Below, in pieces: positions 12,380 through 24,493 of a stretch of DNA of 64,000 nt. The stretch's first letter is position 1. Every line of letters starts with the position of its first letter. The notes beneath the pieces were generated by a model. That model did no database searches. It saw only the letters and a list, made by a program, of their open reading frames with translations, and was not told where the DNA came from. The translations under genes and the position numbers were made by a program. Source of the DNA: Hypanus sabinus (Eukaryota); NCBI RefSeq assembly GCF_030144855.1, contig NC_082736.1, positions 9,300,001 to 9,364,000 of the forward strand, given 5' to 3'.

Positions 12380-12988
12380 TTGCCTTTCAGAGAACCACGC
12401 CAGCGCTCACCAGATAACAAAGAGCAGGCAGTCAAACGGTTCACGTCCTTACGGAAAACCCGGAAAAGGAAACCTGAGATGCAGCAACGCACCCGATTGG
12501 CCCACGAGGTACTGTGCACCCTAATGGCAGAGGTCACAGCCATTATAAACGCACAATCACTCCTACCTGTGTCTTCTGACCCAGAAAACCCCTTCATGCT
12601 TTCGCCATCAACGCTCCTTACGCAGAAGGCAGGAGCTCCCCCTCCACCAGGAGACTTCTCAGACAAGGATTTGTACACAAAGCAATGGAGACAAGTCCAG
12701 GCTCTGGCAAATCAGTTCTGGTCTCGCTGGAGACAAAAATATCTACCTTTGTTGCAACAGAGACAAAAGTGGACAGAACCCCGCAGGAATCTTCAAGTTG
12801 GAGACTTAGTCCTGCTCAGGGACAAGCAAATCGCCCGCAACAGCTGGCCAACGGCCAGAATCACTGCTACATTCCCTAGCGAGGATGGACATGTCAGGAA
12901 GATCGAATTGAAGACTACCGAACAAAGCGATGTGAAAATTTACCAAAGGCCAGTTACAGAAGTTATTCTACTTCTACCCAATGACTGA
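12380..12988 (+). CDS. BEL element ORF2: short Pol remnant fused to the integrase C-terminal (DUF5641-like) region
   Basis: PFREPR..NKEQAVKRFTSL, HEVLCTLMAEVTAIINA, LQVGDLVLLRD..RNSWP..RI, YQRPVTEVILLL. Confidence 0.65.
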   Translation: MPFREPRQRSPDNKEQAVKRFTSLRKTRKRKPEMQQRTRLAHEVLCTLMAEVTAIINAQSLLPVSSDPENPFMLSPSTLLTQKAGAPPPPGDFSDKDLYTKQWRQVQALANQFWSRWRQKYLPLLQQRQKWTEPRRNLQVGDLVLLRDKQIARNSWPTARITATFPSEDGHVRKIELKTTEQSDVKIYQRPVTEVILLLPND

Positions 12989-15799
12989 TTAAGAGACTAA
13001 GTTTGTACTCTGCTCATTGTGACCTTACGAATGTCAAGCGGGGAGTGTGCTGTCTTTACGACAGTTATTTAGTTTATAATATTTTCGCTTAGTAATTCAT
13101 TCGATAGTGTTTTCTAGTTAGAATTAGAAGTGTTCAAAGTATATTCATTGCATGTAAAAAATATCGGCATGCGATCCGGTTTCGCCGCGTCTTGTGGGAA
13201 AGTACCGGTTTGAAATTAACGCGAGGGTGGGGGCTCACCACGAGGCACACCTGAGCAGAAGTTGTTTTGCAGGCATGAGAAATCACAGTGAGAGCAACGC
13301 TGTAAGTTAATAGATAATCGATATATTGAACTGATGTTAATGCCGATCCTGTTAGAAGTAACGACGGTCGATAATGTTTATGCTTTCGTTAGTTAAAGAG
13401 TTGCGGATAGTTTACATGGAAGTGTATTTAAAGTAGTCAATGGAGCAGGTAAACTCTCCCTGTATACTGCACCTTAGTGTAATGTAGTTATAGTCACCTT
13501 TACAAGTATTTACAATTGAAATGTGATATTAAGAAAGGAACAAATACTGTATCAATCTTGTATTGTTTTATCAACAGTTTTCACCATATGTTAATGTGAA
13601 GAGTGAACAGTAAATGGTTAATCTTACTGCGATCTGGTTCTCATTGACTGTGGTTTATCTCGACGTTGAATTCGACGTTATCAGTTACACGCGAAGGAGA
13701 ACGTTACACTGTCTTTAAACAGTTTTGTACAATTCCAATGAGAGGCAGTTCTTCGGCTGATAAGGCAGGTAGAACACACAACCCTGTCTACCTGTGATGC
13801 CACATACAGGGAACTGTGTAACAGTATTAGAGACAGATGCACAGCTACCTCAGTGAGCAAGGCTTGGAGGGATATTAAATTAATACAGGAAAGTGGGATT
13901 AGTATAGCTGTGCGTGATGAGGAGCATAAATGTGATGGGCCAGAGGGTTTTTTTTTCTGTCCTGTACAACACTGACCACAACAGTCCTCCAGTGCAGTGG
14001 GTTTGTTACCTTCATTCCCAGCTATGAGCCTGTTCCAATGAACCCCTTATCCTCTGAGAAGATATCTGTACCCTCCCACTGTGATGAAGCTGTCAGCCAT
14101 CTCTCCTAATATTGACCAGAGGACTTCACCAATTTCCCATTATAAGCACTGTTACTGGCGCACAGGGAATGGGAGCATTTTGGTCACCTTTTGAGGGGTT
14201 TGGTTTACTGTGTGATCATTTATAATTTTCTTCAGTAACAATAGTATTGTCCCTCGTCTTGGATTCTGAGTGTTTTAGGTAAGTCCATCCTGAACTTTGT
14301 GTTCCAGGTTCCCACTGCACTTTCACAGTCAGTGGATTCTGCATGTCTATACTGACCATCGAGAATCTGTCTCCACTAACTCAGCCCTGGAAATGTCTTC
14401 TACCCTGCCCTGGTGATTCAAATGTTCATCCAGATGGTCCTTAAATACCTGCATGCACCACCCCCACAGGCTGTGTGTTCCAGATTGTAACCCTCAGATC
14501 CTCTTTAAACCACACATTTCTCACGTTAAGCCCATGTTCAAAAACACTTCATACTTGTGTGCATTAAGTTCCATTTGCTACTTTTCCAGCTTTTCCACAT
14601 CCCATGTCAACATTTGTTTCCATTCCTCACTGTCCACTGCGCCCCTAATCTGGGTGTCTCCTACCCTGCCCTGGTGATTCAAATGCTCATCCAGATGGTC
14701 ATTAAATACCAGCCTACACCACCCCTCAGGCAGTGTGTTCTAGGTTGTAACTTCTTTCATTTTGCCACCTTCTCCACATCCCACATCAAGATTTGCTAGC
14801 CACTTTTGCTGTCCATCGCACCCCTAAACTTGGTGTCATCTGCAAACTTGCTGATCCAGTTTACCACGTTCTCATCGAGATTGTTAATACAGATGGAAAA
14901 CAATGGACTCAACACCTGGAATATCAACCAGGGCAGATTGAACACAGTAATGACAGGTTTCTGAGAAGGGTTCATGACCAGAGACTTTGTGTGTTTCTGC
15001 CTCCAACACCTCCTCTGATGACTCACTTGGAATACCTCACTGTGAAATACTTACCCTTCAAACTCCCTTTAAATTTCCCACCTCTCACATTAAAACTAAT
15101 ACCTTTAGTTTTACACCCACATCAAGTGAAACTGTCTTTGTCTTTCTCACCTCTGTATGTCTCACAGAATTTTATCCAACTCCATCACCTCACCCTTCAG
15201 ATCCTCTTTAAACCTCCAACCTATAATGTTAAAACTATTCCCTGCAGCTTTAGGAGGGAGAAGACTGTTCCTTCCCATGAAGACCCTAGGGAGTGAACAG
15301 TTTCTGTCAATCATTCCTAGAAGTTATCCCCATTGATCCATGAAACTGAATCTTTGTCCCCTGCACCAGCTCATCAGGCACACATTAATCAGTGGTATCT
15401 GTCTGTATCTCCCTGCACTAACTAGTGTCACTGGGAGTAATATAGAGCTTACTACTTTTCAGTTTCTGTCTTATTTCTCTCAATTCACTGCACAGGACCA
15501 CATCCCTCCTCCTCCCTACGTTGCTATAACCAACATGCACAGTCCACCGCGATGTCCGGCTGCTCAACCTTCCCTTTGAAATGTTCTGCAGCTGCTCCTA
15601 GACCATGAGACACAGGAGCAGAATTAGGCCATTTGGCCCATCCTGTCTGCTACCCCATTCTGCCAGGAATAAGAGATCATGACAGATCTCTTAACCCTCT
15701 CGAACACTCATACCCCGCCCCGACAATCAAGAACCTCATCATTCAATATACCCAATGATTTGGCCGCATCCGTCTGTGGGGATGAATTCAGAGTCAGGA

Positions 15800-16250
15800 C
15801 CAGAATCAGGTTTATTACCACCAGCAGGTGTCAGGAAATTTGTTAATTTAGCAGCAGCAGTTCAATGCAGGACATGATAATATAGAAAGAATAAGTAAAT
15901 TATAGAATGTATGTATATGGATATGTATATTATGTAGATTAAATATAGTGCAGAAGCAGAAATAACAAATAACATATCAAATACATCTGTATCAGGTTTT
16001 GAGTGTTTTAAAGTGACAAGGCAAATATCTTCAAACTCCTGATGAAATACCTCCACTGTCTTGCTCTCTTTATACTGTTGCTGCATCGATATGTTACGAC
16101 CAGGTTAGATCCTCAGAGATATTGACACCCAGGAACTCAAAATTGTTCCCTCACTCCACTTCTGATCCCTCTGCGGACTGGTTCATGTTCCTTAGCCTTA
16201 CCCATCCTTCAGTCAGGTCTTTTGTCTTACTGACATTAAGTGCAATGTGC
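15800..16250 (-). mobile_element. Rex1-type LINE 3' fragment
   Basis: Tail (ATCAGGTTTATTA..GCAGCAGTTCAATGCA) shared with 36860-37170, plus degenerate RT C-terminus. Confidence 0.6.
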
Positions 16251-16289
16251 ACTGAGGTGGAGTGTGGCAAGAAACAGAGGATAGTGATT

Positions 16290-16950
16290 TCCTGAATTTG
16301 AAGAAACCAATGGTCACGCCTTCGAGACACAGTCGGAATGTGAGGCGTTGCTCATTCAACCTGTACTTGGCCTCATTGTAGTAGGAGAGGAAGCCATGGA
16401 CAGACATGTTGGTGATGGCCCTCCACTGGTCAGGGTCGACCATGGATATTCTGCCCTCACTGTGAAAGTCAATATGCAAGCCAGGGTAGTAGAATACGTA
16501 AAGCAAGCTGTTGCCCATGCCGGGGCTCCAGCTGTCCATGCAGCTGATGAATCCAGTCCAACAACAAAGACCAATGCAGTCAGGAACCAGCTGTGTCACA
16601 GGATTGCCTTTCTGCGTTGCACATCAGACTGACAGGGAATCCAGTTTTGGATTTTTCCTCGGAGTTTACTCCCAAAACCTTCCCCTTGAATTTGATAGGA
16701 AGTGACAGCTTGTCCCCATTACCGCCCTGCCAATGATTAAGACAGCTGTAAGGCTGTCGGTATGTCATTATGGGAATAGGAAACAGAACTAGCACTGGCA
16801 GGTCGTGGTTGTTGCAGCTCACAGAGCAAAGGTACTTGATGCAGTGGTATCCCAATCTGCTTCTGATTAAGTCTCTCATAACAATCACAGTTCTATTCTC
16901 ATATATCGTTGATAACCTCCCCATGTCTTCTTTCCCTTCCCCCTTTCCCA
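16290..16950 (-). mobile_element. Penelope GIY-YIG fragment carrying an inserted RTE-like non-coding piece
   Basis: YYNEAKYRLNEQRL and RSRLGYHCIKYLCSV..DLPV remnants; insert about 16425-16705. Confidence 0.6.
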
Positions 16951-16969
16951 ATCACTATCCCCACATGGA

Positions 16970-18556
16970 AGGTGCCTACGAAAAGTATTCATGCCTCTTG
17001 GAAGTTTTCATGTTTTATTATTTTGCATTATTGAAACACAGTGCATTGAATTTGGGTCGTTATACTAATCAATGGAAAAAGACTTTTTTTTGTCAAAGTG
17101 ACAACAGATCTTTACAAAGTTCTCTAAATTAATTCCAGATAAAAAACACAAAATATTTGCCTGTCTACATATTCACCCCCTTTAATATGACTCAGCAGAT
17201 CAATTCTGGTGCAGTCAATTGGTTTTAGGAATTGCATAAACAGTTAAATGGAGATCATCGTGTGCAGTCAAGATGTTTCAATTGATTGTAGTAAAAATAC
17301 ACCGGTAGCTGGAAGTCCAGCTGCTGATGCGTCAGTATCCTGGGAGAAATTACACCATGAAGTCAGATTAACACTCCAAGTAACTCTGCAAAACGGTTAT
17401 TGAAAAACACAATTCAGGATATGTATAAAAAATTCAAGTCACTGAATACCCTTGGAGTACAGTTAAGACACTCATCCAGAAATAGAAAGAACTTGGCAGA
17501 GCTGTAAATCTGCCGAGAGCCAGACAGCCTCAAAAACTGAGTGACTGTGCATCAAGGGGCCAGTAAGGGAGTCCACCAAGAGACCTGTGACAACTCTGGA
17601 GAAGTTACAGGCCGCAGTGGCTGAGATGGGAGTGACTGAACATACAGCAACTGTTGCCTAGGTGTTAGACTGTCACAACTTTATGTGAGAGTGACAAAGA
17701 GAAAGCCACTGATGGAAAAAAAACTCTCATGATATCTCACCTGGAGTTAGTCAGAAACCTCGAGGGGGGACTCTGAAACCAGATGGAAAAAGGTCCCATG
17801 GTCTGATGAAACCAAAATTCAACTTTTTGGCCTTCTGACTAAACACCAAGTCTGGTGTAAGCCAAACACTGCACATCATCAAAAACACACCATCCCTACC
17901 GTGAAGTACATTGGAGGCTGCATCATGCTGTAGGAATGCTTCACTACAGCAGGTCCTGGAAGGCTCATAAAAGTAGATGATAAAATGAATGCAGCAAAAT
18001 GCAGGGTAATCCTGTAGGAAAACCTAATGCAGTCTGCAAGTGAACTACGAGTTAGGAGAAGGTTTATTTTCCAGCAAGACAATCACAAGCATAAAAACAA
18101 AGCTACACAGGAATGCCTCAAAACTAAGTTAATGTCCAGGAGTGGCCAAGTCAGAGTCCAGACCTCAATCCAATTGAGAATTTGTGGCTGGTCTTGAAAA
18201 GATCTGTTCGCTCATGAACCACATGCAATCTGACAGAGCTTCAGCAGTTTTCTAAGAAGATTGGGGAAAATTTTCAGTGTCCAGATGTGCAAAGCGGATA
18301 GAGACCTGTCCACACAGAGCCAACGGTAATTACTGACAAAGGTGCATCAACTAATTACTGACTTGAAGGAGTCAATGCACTGAATTATTTTGTGTTTTAT
18401 ATTTGCAATTAATATAGATCACTCTGTAGAGATCTGTTTTCACTTTGACACCACAGAGTCTTTTATGTTGATCAGTGTCAAAAAAGCCAAATTCAATGTT
18501 CCAAAACAATAAACATGAAAACCTCCAAAGCAGACTGAATACTTTTGATGGCACTG
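16970..18556 (+). mobile_element. Tc1-like DNA transposon, inactive
   Basis: Terminal inverted repeats (GTGCC..AAAAGTATTCA / TGAATACTTTTGATGGCACTG); transposase remnants [36 protein letters not shown]. Confidence 0.9.
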
Positions 18557-19189
18557 TGTCCACCCCTTCACCAGCACGTTATAAACAAATCCACCCTGCT
18601 CCTTTCCATTTTGCTGATTCCATGTGGAACATTAGACATGTAGGAATGTCAAATTCGCAGTCCAAGTCTCTGTAACCATGTCCCTGCAATAGCTGTTAGA
18701 TAATGCACAGTACACAATATGGAACAGATGGCAACCTGACTTTTGGCCCACAATATCTGCACCAATCATAATAATGTGCTGTATAAAGTACTGGTGTGAT
18801 CTCACTGATGTGAGCTGTTTTGGGTCCTTTATCTCAGGAAGTATGAGCTGGATGGGTTACAAAGAATGTTCTCGAAAGTGATTCCAGGATTAAACAGCTT
18901 GTCATATGAAGAGTGTTTAATGGCTTTGGCCTGTCTTCACTGGAATTTAGGAAAATGAGTGTTGACCTAATTGAAATTAAATGGTGAAAGTCCTTGATAA
19001 ATTGGATGTGCAGAGGATGAGCATCTCCATCTTTCCCTACCCTCTCCTGACTGTTACCCACTTATCTGTCTCCCCAGGCCCCAGAATGACTACCTGCCTT
19101 TAGCTCCTCTCTATCCCCTCCACACTTTCCCTGACCAGACGAAAGTCATCGAGCTGCATCTCCGGTTCTCTAACATGGTCCGTAAGGAG

Positions 19190-20365
19190 CTGCAGCTCCT
19201 GGATTCTTGTTATTTACCTTCTTGATCAAAGCTGTAACATATGCAACACACCAACACTGTGGGACCTCACATGTTGTGATCGAGGACACACTGGTCCTTG
19301 TCAAATCGCCAGCAGTCTGCTTATTGGCTTCTTTCACTATTGTAGGATATATGCCTTCAGGTCCTGGAGTTTTATCCATCTTATTGCTTTTCAGACGTCC
19401 CAGCACAACCTCCTCCTTAATCTCAACACGTCTCTGCTCATTAGCCTGCTCCACTCTGTTTTCAGTGACATTCAATTCCTTCTCCTCGGTGAATATTGAC
19501 ACAACATACTCATTTAGTACCTCAGCCACTTGGTCTGACTTCAATCACATAATTTTTCCTTTAATCTTGAGTAGACCTTTCCATTCTATGATTAGCCTTG
19601 TTTTATTAATACAAATCAAAAGGCCTTGGGATTATCTTTGGTCCTACATTGCAAGGAGAGTTTGTGGTGCCATTTGGCCTTTCCTATCACCTGCTTTAGC
19701 ATTTCTCTGCTATCTTTATATTCCAAAGATAACCAGTCTGATTGTAGCTTCATAAACCTTCCATATCCTTCTGACTAAATTCAGGATCTCTCCATTCATC
19801 CAAAGTTCCCATACCTTACCATCCTTGTCCTTACTCCTTACAGAAACATGCTGATCCTGAACTCTGTGCTGCTGATCATTAAAAAACTCCCGCATGTCAG
19901 ATGTGGACTTGTCTGACAGTGGCTGCTCGCAATCAATGCACCTTGACTTCTGTCTTACTCCGTCCTAACTTGCCCTACTGCAATTCAGTACCTTAATACA
20001 AGATCTGATTTCATTCTTACTCATAACCAAAGAAAAAGTTGCGATTACTGTTCTCAAAATGTTCACTGACACTTAGCTGTCACCAGGCCTGGCTCATTTC
20101 CCTAAACTAATTCCCGTATGTTCTCTTCTCTGGTTGGGCTCTGTACATCATATTTCAAACACTCCTCAGATTCACTGAAGAAATCTTGTGCATCTAAGTA
20201 TTGAGAAAGATCTAATTAATTCTATGGAAAATAAAGCCCCCCACTAAGACAACCCTGCTCGGCACCTCTCCATAAACATAAACATCTCCGTTCCTGCACC
20301 TCCTGGTGGTAATTGGGGGCCAATACGATAATCCCATCAGTGTAACTGCAGATTGCCTCTACAGG
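19190..20365 (-). mobile_element. CR1 LINE ORF2 fragment
   Basis: AEVLNEYVVSIFTEE..DKTPGPEGIYP. Confidence 0.75.
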
Positions 20366-21079
20366 TAACTGACAATGTTTTTGTTTGGCCACTTGGTCAG
20401 CATGGATGTGTTAGGCTGAAAAGCCTGTTTCTGTGCTACATAACTCAGTTACTACGTCTGCTGCTGTGACAGAGCGGGAGCGACTGTGTCAGTAGTGAGA
20501 AGGTTTGAGGGATGTAGACAGGAAAGTGAATGGTTGAGGATGGGGCGGATGGAACAGAATGTGGGGAAATGTAAGATCACCTATTCCCAGGATCAAACTG
20601 TAAGAGTCTTTTCCACATGGGGATGTTCAGAGGGACCTGGGTGTTGTGGTAAACAAATCACTTGATTTAACATGCAGATACTACATGTAATGAGAGAGCA
20701 AACATTATTTTGCCTGTGATCCAGGAGGAGTGGAGAAGAGGGGTACAGATGTCTCACTGGATTCTATAGGGCCCTGGTGAGAGCACAGCTTGAATGTAGT
20801 GTCCGGGTTTGGTCACACTACCTCAGGAAGGATATCCCTGCAATAGAGGGAGTGCAGTGACTGTCCCCCACACTGACTGGACTGGTTCCAGGGATGGAGA
20901 GTTGGTTATGTGAGAGGAGAGTGAGTGGGCTGGGTCTGTATTCCCTGCAGTCAATGTGAAAATGAGGAAATCTGTTAGATTCTTTCAGGATGTGACAGAC
21001 AGTAGGCAAGGGGGATATTTCCCCTGAATGAGAGCTCCATAACTGAGGAAAACACCCTCAGAATTAGACATAAATCACA

Positions 21080-21315
21080 AACACGAGGGAATCTGCTTAT
21101 GCTGGAAATCCAAAGCAACACACACAAAATGCTGAAGGAACTCAGCAGGACAGACAGCCTTTATGGAAAAGAGTAAACAGTCGACACTTCGGGCCGAGAC
21201 CCTTCCATCAGTTCTCGTCCTGGTGAGGGTTCTTTGCCCAAAGCATCAGCTCGTTACTCTATTCCATAGATGCTGCCTGGCCTGCTGACTTCCACTAGCA
21301 TTTTATGTCTATTGC
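21080..21315. repeat. Inverted (hairpin) pair of Penelope terminal repeats
   Basis: CACACAAAATGCTG..CTCAGCAGG..GGGCCGAGACCCTT followed by its reverse complement ..GATGCTGCCTGGCCTGCTGA..GCATTTT. Confidence 0.7.
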
Positions 21316-22844
21316 TCACAATGAGGTGACAAGCATTCAGGGTGGAAATCAGATGATATTTCTTTAATCTGAGCACAAAGGGCTTCTGCATTCCTTATAT
21401 AAGTAATCTGGAGCCTCAGGTGCTGGGTTGAGTTAAAGCTGAGATCAACAGTGTCTGGGAGAATTTTAGTCACTAAATGAGTCCATAAGACCATCAGATA
21501 TAGGAGCAGAATTCGTCCATTTTGCCTGTTGAACCTTCTCTGGCATTTCATCATCACTGATCATTTTTTCTTCTTAGTCCCAATCGCCTTCCTTCCCTTG
21601 TATCCCTTCATTCCCTGACCAATCAAGAATCCATCAATCTCTGCCTATACCCAGTGATTTGGCTTCCAGAGCTGCCTGTGGCAAAAAATTCCACCGATTC
21701 ACCACTCTCTGCCTGAAGAAACACCTTCTCATCTGCATTCTGAAAGGATGCCGCTCTATTTTGAAGCTGTGTGGTCTGGTTGTAATAAATAAAGACAGGT
21801 GTAAATTTAAAGTAGGGAAGTTGAACCTTACTAGGAGGTAGCCTGATTACAAGGCCTCGGAACAGAGTCAAAAGAGTCAAAACAAAGCCAAGTAACAAGG
21901 TCTAAAATACCCACAACATGCAGAATTACATGGCTGTCATTATCTTGGCCCATGGGATAAACACAAGCTGGGCTTGATCAACCCTGCCTGGTTTGCCTGG
22001 GTGAGGATGTCTCATGATTAAAACCCGAAACCCACAATGACCCAGGTTGCATTACTAATGATGTGTCCCTTTGCACACCCGATTCATTAACCTAAGTGGA
22101 GTCGGACCACATTAATGAAAGGCATTGGCTAGATTAAAGTGGCTCCACTACACTACCCTATCCACCATAGCCCCACATATCTCTCCATACTAAACTCCAC
22201 AGCCTTATCTCTCCCAGCCTCACATATACATCCACCAGCCCCACCTTCAAACCTAATCCTCAGGTCCAAGAGGGCACACACCCCGATTAATCAAACCCCC
22301 ACAAACCCAATGACTCATATATGGAGAAGGGAAATCCAATAAAGGCAAGAGTTGGACCTGGTTAGTGAAGGTATGGGCCGGATTAAAGTGGCAGCGTTGC
22401 GTGACACTGAATCGAGAGTGACGAGATAAAGAAGCACAAGATTCTCCCACTGCCCGCTCAGTCTCTTTGTTATTTTAATTTTGTTCTGATAGTCCTCTAT
22501 TTGAATATTTTGGTATAATTCATATTTAATTCCAGTGTTTCTTGTCAATGTTGTGTCTGAAGCAATGTGTCTGTGATGCTGCTACAAATACGTTGTTCCT
22601 TTCGCCTGGGCATAAATAAACTCGATTTGAACTTTACATTGAAATGTCCAAATCTCTCCTTCGCTCTCCTGCTGCCCTGTGTCATGAACTAAACGTTTTA
22701 GTCTTTAATTTTACTATATTTCATCTGATTTTATTTTCATTCTACTTTTGAAGTTTGCGTTTCCCTTTTAAATTTTAGCCCGCACCCCCGCCTGTCTCTG
22801 CCCTTCTGTACTTCCTCCCGCATTAAACGACAGCGGTAACCGCC

Positions 22845-22970
22845 ACACATTGGCGCCGCTTCCCATCCCCCAGCGTTCCGATTGGTGATTCATTTCTCCA
22901 ACCAGCCAATGGGAATGCTCAGCATTCCCATCCTCATTAACATACCACTTTGGGCGCTGCCTATTTAATC
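22845..22970 (+). promoter_or_regulatory. H2B promoter: CCAAT boxes, variant octamer, TATA
   Basis: ATTGG/CCAAT three times, CTCATTAACATAC (22933-22945; H2B octamer context is CTCATTTGCATAC), TATTTAA at 22962. Confidence 0.7.
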
Positions 22971-23020
22971 CGCGCTCCGGACATTTTCTGCTTATTATTG
23001 TGTTTGAAACCGACGAGGAA

Positions 23021-23395
23021 ATGCCTGATCCACCGAAACCCGCTCCCAAGAAGGGCGCCAAGAAAGCTCTGTCCAAACCGGCGAGCAAGTCTGGCAAGCA
23101 GCGCAAGAGGTCGAGGAAGGAGAGTTACGCCATTTACATCTACAAAGTGATGAAGCAGGTTCACCCCGATACCGGCATCTCCTTCAAGGCCATGACCGTC
23201 ATGAATTCATTCGTGAACGATATTTTCGAGCGCATCGCGGGTGAGGCTTCCCGCCTGGCCCATTACAACAAGCGGTCTACCATCAGCTCCCGGGAGTTCC
23301 AGACTGCCGTGCGCCTGCTGCTGCCCGGGGAGCTGGCCAAGCACGCCGTGTCCGAAGGGACAAAGGCGGTGACCAAGTACACCAGCTCCAAGTAA
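23021..23395 (+). CDS. H2B: Histone H2B, intact frame with unusual substitutions
   Basis: [12 protein letters not shown]...KQVHPDTGI...AVTKYTSSK, 124 aa; intronless; stem-loop downstream. Confidence 0.95.
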   Translation: MPDPPKPAPKKGAKKALSKPASKSGKQRKRSRKESYAIYIYKVMKQVHPDTGISFKAMTVMNSFVNDIFERIAGEASRLAHYNKRSTISSREFQTAVRLLLPGELAKHAVSEGTKAVTKYTSSK

Positions 23396-23411
23396 AGACC
23401 CGAAAATCAAA

Positions 23412-23451
23412 GGCTCTTTTAAGAGCCACTCACGGTTTCATGAAAAGAGTT
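23412..23451 (+). terminator. Histone 3' stem-loop and HDE
   Basis: GGCTCTTTTAAGAGCC 23412-23427; purine-rich GAAAAGAGTT about 23442-23451. Confidence 0.95.
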
Positions 23452-24098
23452 ATTCAATGTTGAGACATGGATTTGAGGTAAATTTGTAAATTTCTTTTTG
23501 ATGCGCTCAATCAGAATCTTATTTCCGTTACTCAGAACTTGCTGTCCAATCTTCAGTGTAATCCCGATTTCCCTGTTAATTCCTGCCCTCTGCACAGACA
23601 CGGAATCGTTGCGCACCCCTTCCCCGTTGTTACTTCTAGGTCATCAAATTTCCCTAACGTGACACTAATTGTTCCTGGTTTAGTTTCCGCGGGGAATGCG
23701 GTTCATTAAGTTTTGTCCCATTTTGGTTACTTCTCTTAACTACATTCCAACGCGAGTGCCGAACGCTGTCACGGTTCGTTCAGAGTATTTCTGAAGCCCA
23801 CTTTCTGGAGGGCGACCCGATGGTAAACTGACTTGAGTCTACACAATGACCGACCGCGAACAGACGCTGACAATTGGTTTTATTCTAATCATTTATCAAT
23901 TGATGGAAGTCGGTGAACTAAATTACAAGACACCATCGCAATATTAACTATACTTGGTTTAAATATTTTGGACTTCAGTAACGTGGGTACAAACAAACCT
24001 GTTGTGGTTCAATTTTAGCAACAAAGGCGTTTTTGGTGTTTTGCAATTTTGAGTTTATTTCGGCGGTTAGACGGTTATTTTTCGCGCTTCTGTCGTTG

Positions 24099-24245
24099 CT
24101 GTCTCTTGATTGGTGAATAAAGCAGCTCCCTGATTGGAATATTTGCTCTTTCCAATCAGATCAGACAGAGATTCACCAATCATTAACATCCCCGTACATT
24201 CCCCCAGACTCCATAAGAATGGCGCTTTCCGGAAGTCGGATTTCG
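24099..24245 (+). promoter_or_regulatory. Orphan histone-type (probably H2A) promoter, gene missing
   Basis: Four CCAAT/ATTGG boxes and TATA-like CATAAGAA; same position after H2B as the promoter of the H2A fragment at 36.5 kb. Confidence 0.6.
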
Positions 24246-24493
24246 CATGGTCAAGACCTCAAGTTAATTTCTGAAAAAAAATCTATCTGATGTTGTATGT
24301 ATTCAGGGAACCTGGTCGCTACTGTAGCGGTGTGCTACACGCAGCGCTAAAATTATGACACGGAGTCGGTAACTGCAGTCGAAGGAAAAAAACTTTATTC
24401 GAAATCTTCAGCCTCACTTTTAAGCCTCCCTCAACCTGCCCCCCATGGCGCAGAGGCTCCAAAGCCCTGTGCTCGCAAACCCCCGTAGGCTAT

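Larger units (their letters stand above)
10674..13708 (+). mobile_element. Young non-autonomous BEL/Pao LTR retrotransposon
   Basis: LTRs 10674-11345 and 13046-13708 (TG...CA, about 6 substitutions and 2 indels); 5-bp TSD CTGTC; PPT AAGCGGGGAG; BEL integrase-tail motif WRQVQALANQFWSRWRQKYLPLLQQRQKW. Confidence 0.92.
16290..20365. repeat. Left arm of a ~4 kb inverted segmental duplication (partner 51035-55445)
   Basis: Same succession of Penelope with insert, Tc1, unique spacer and CR1 pieces as the reverse complement of 51-55 kb; 18557-18695 matches 52945-53083 reversed. Confidence 0.85.

Noticed and set aside
23000-23020. N-terminal extension of H2B in the ORF track
   Set aside because: Non-ATG start in the 5' UTR; the canonical start is ATG 23021
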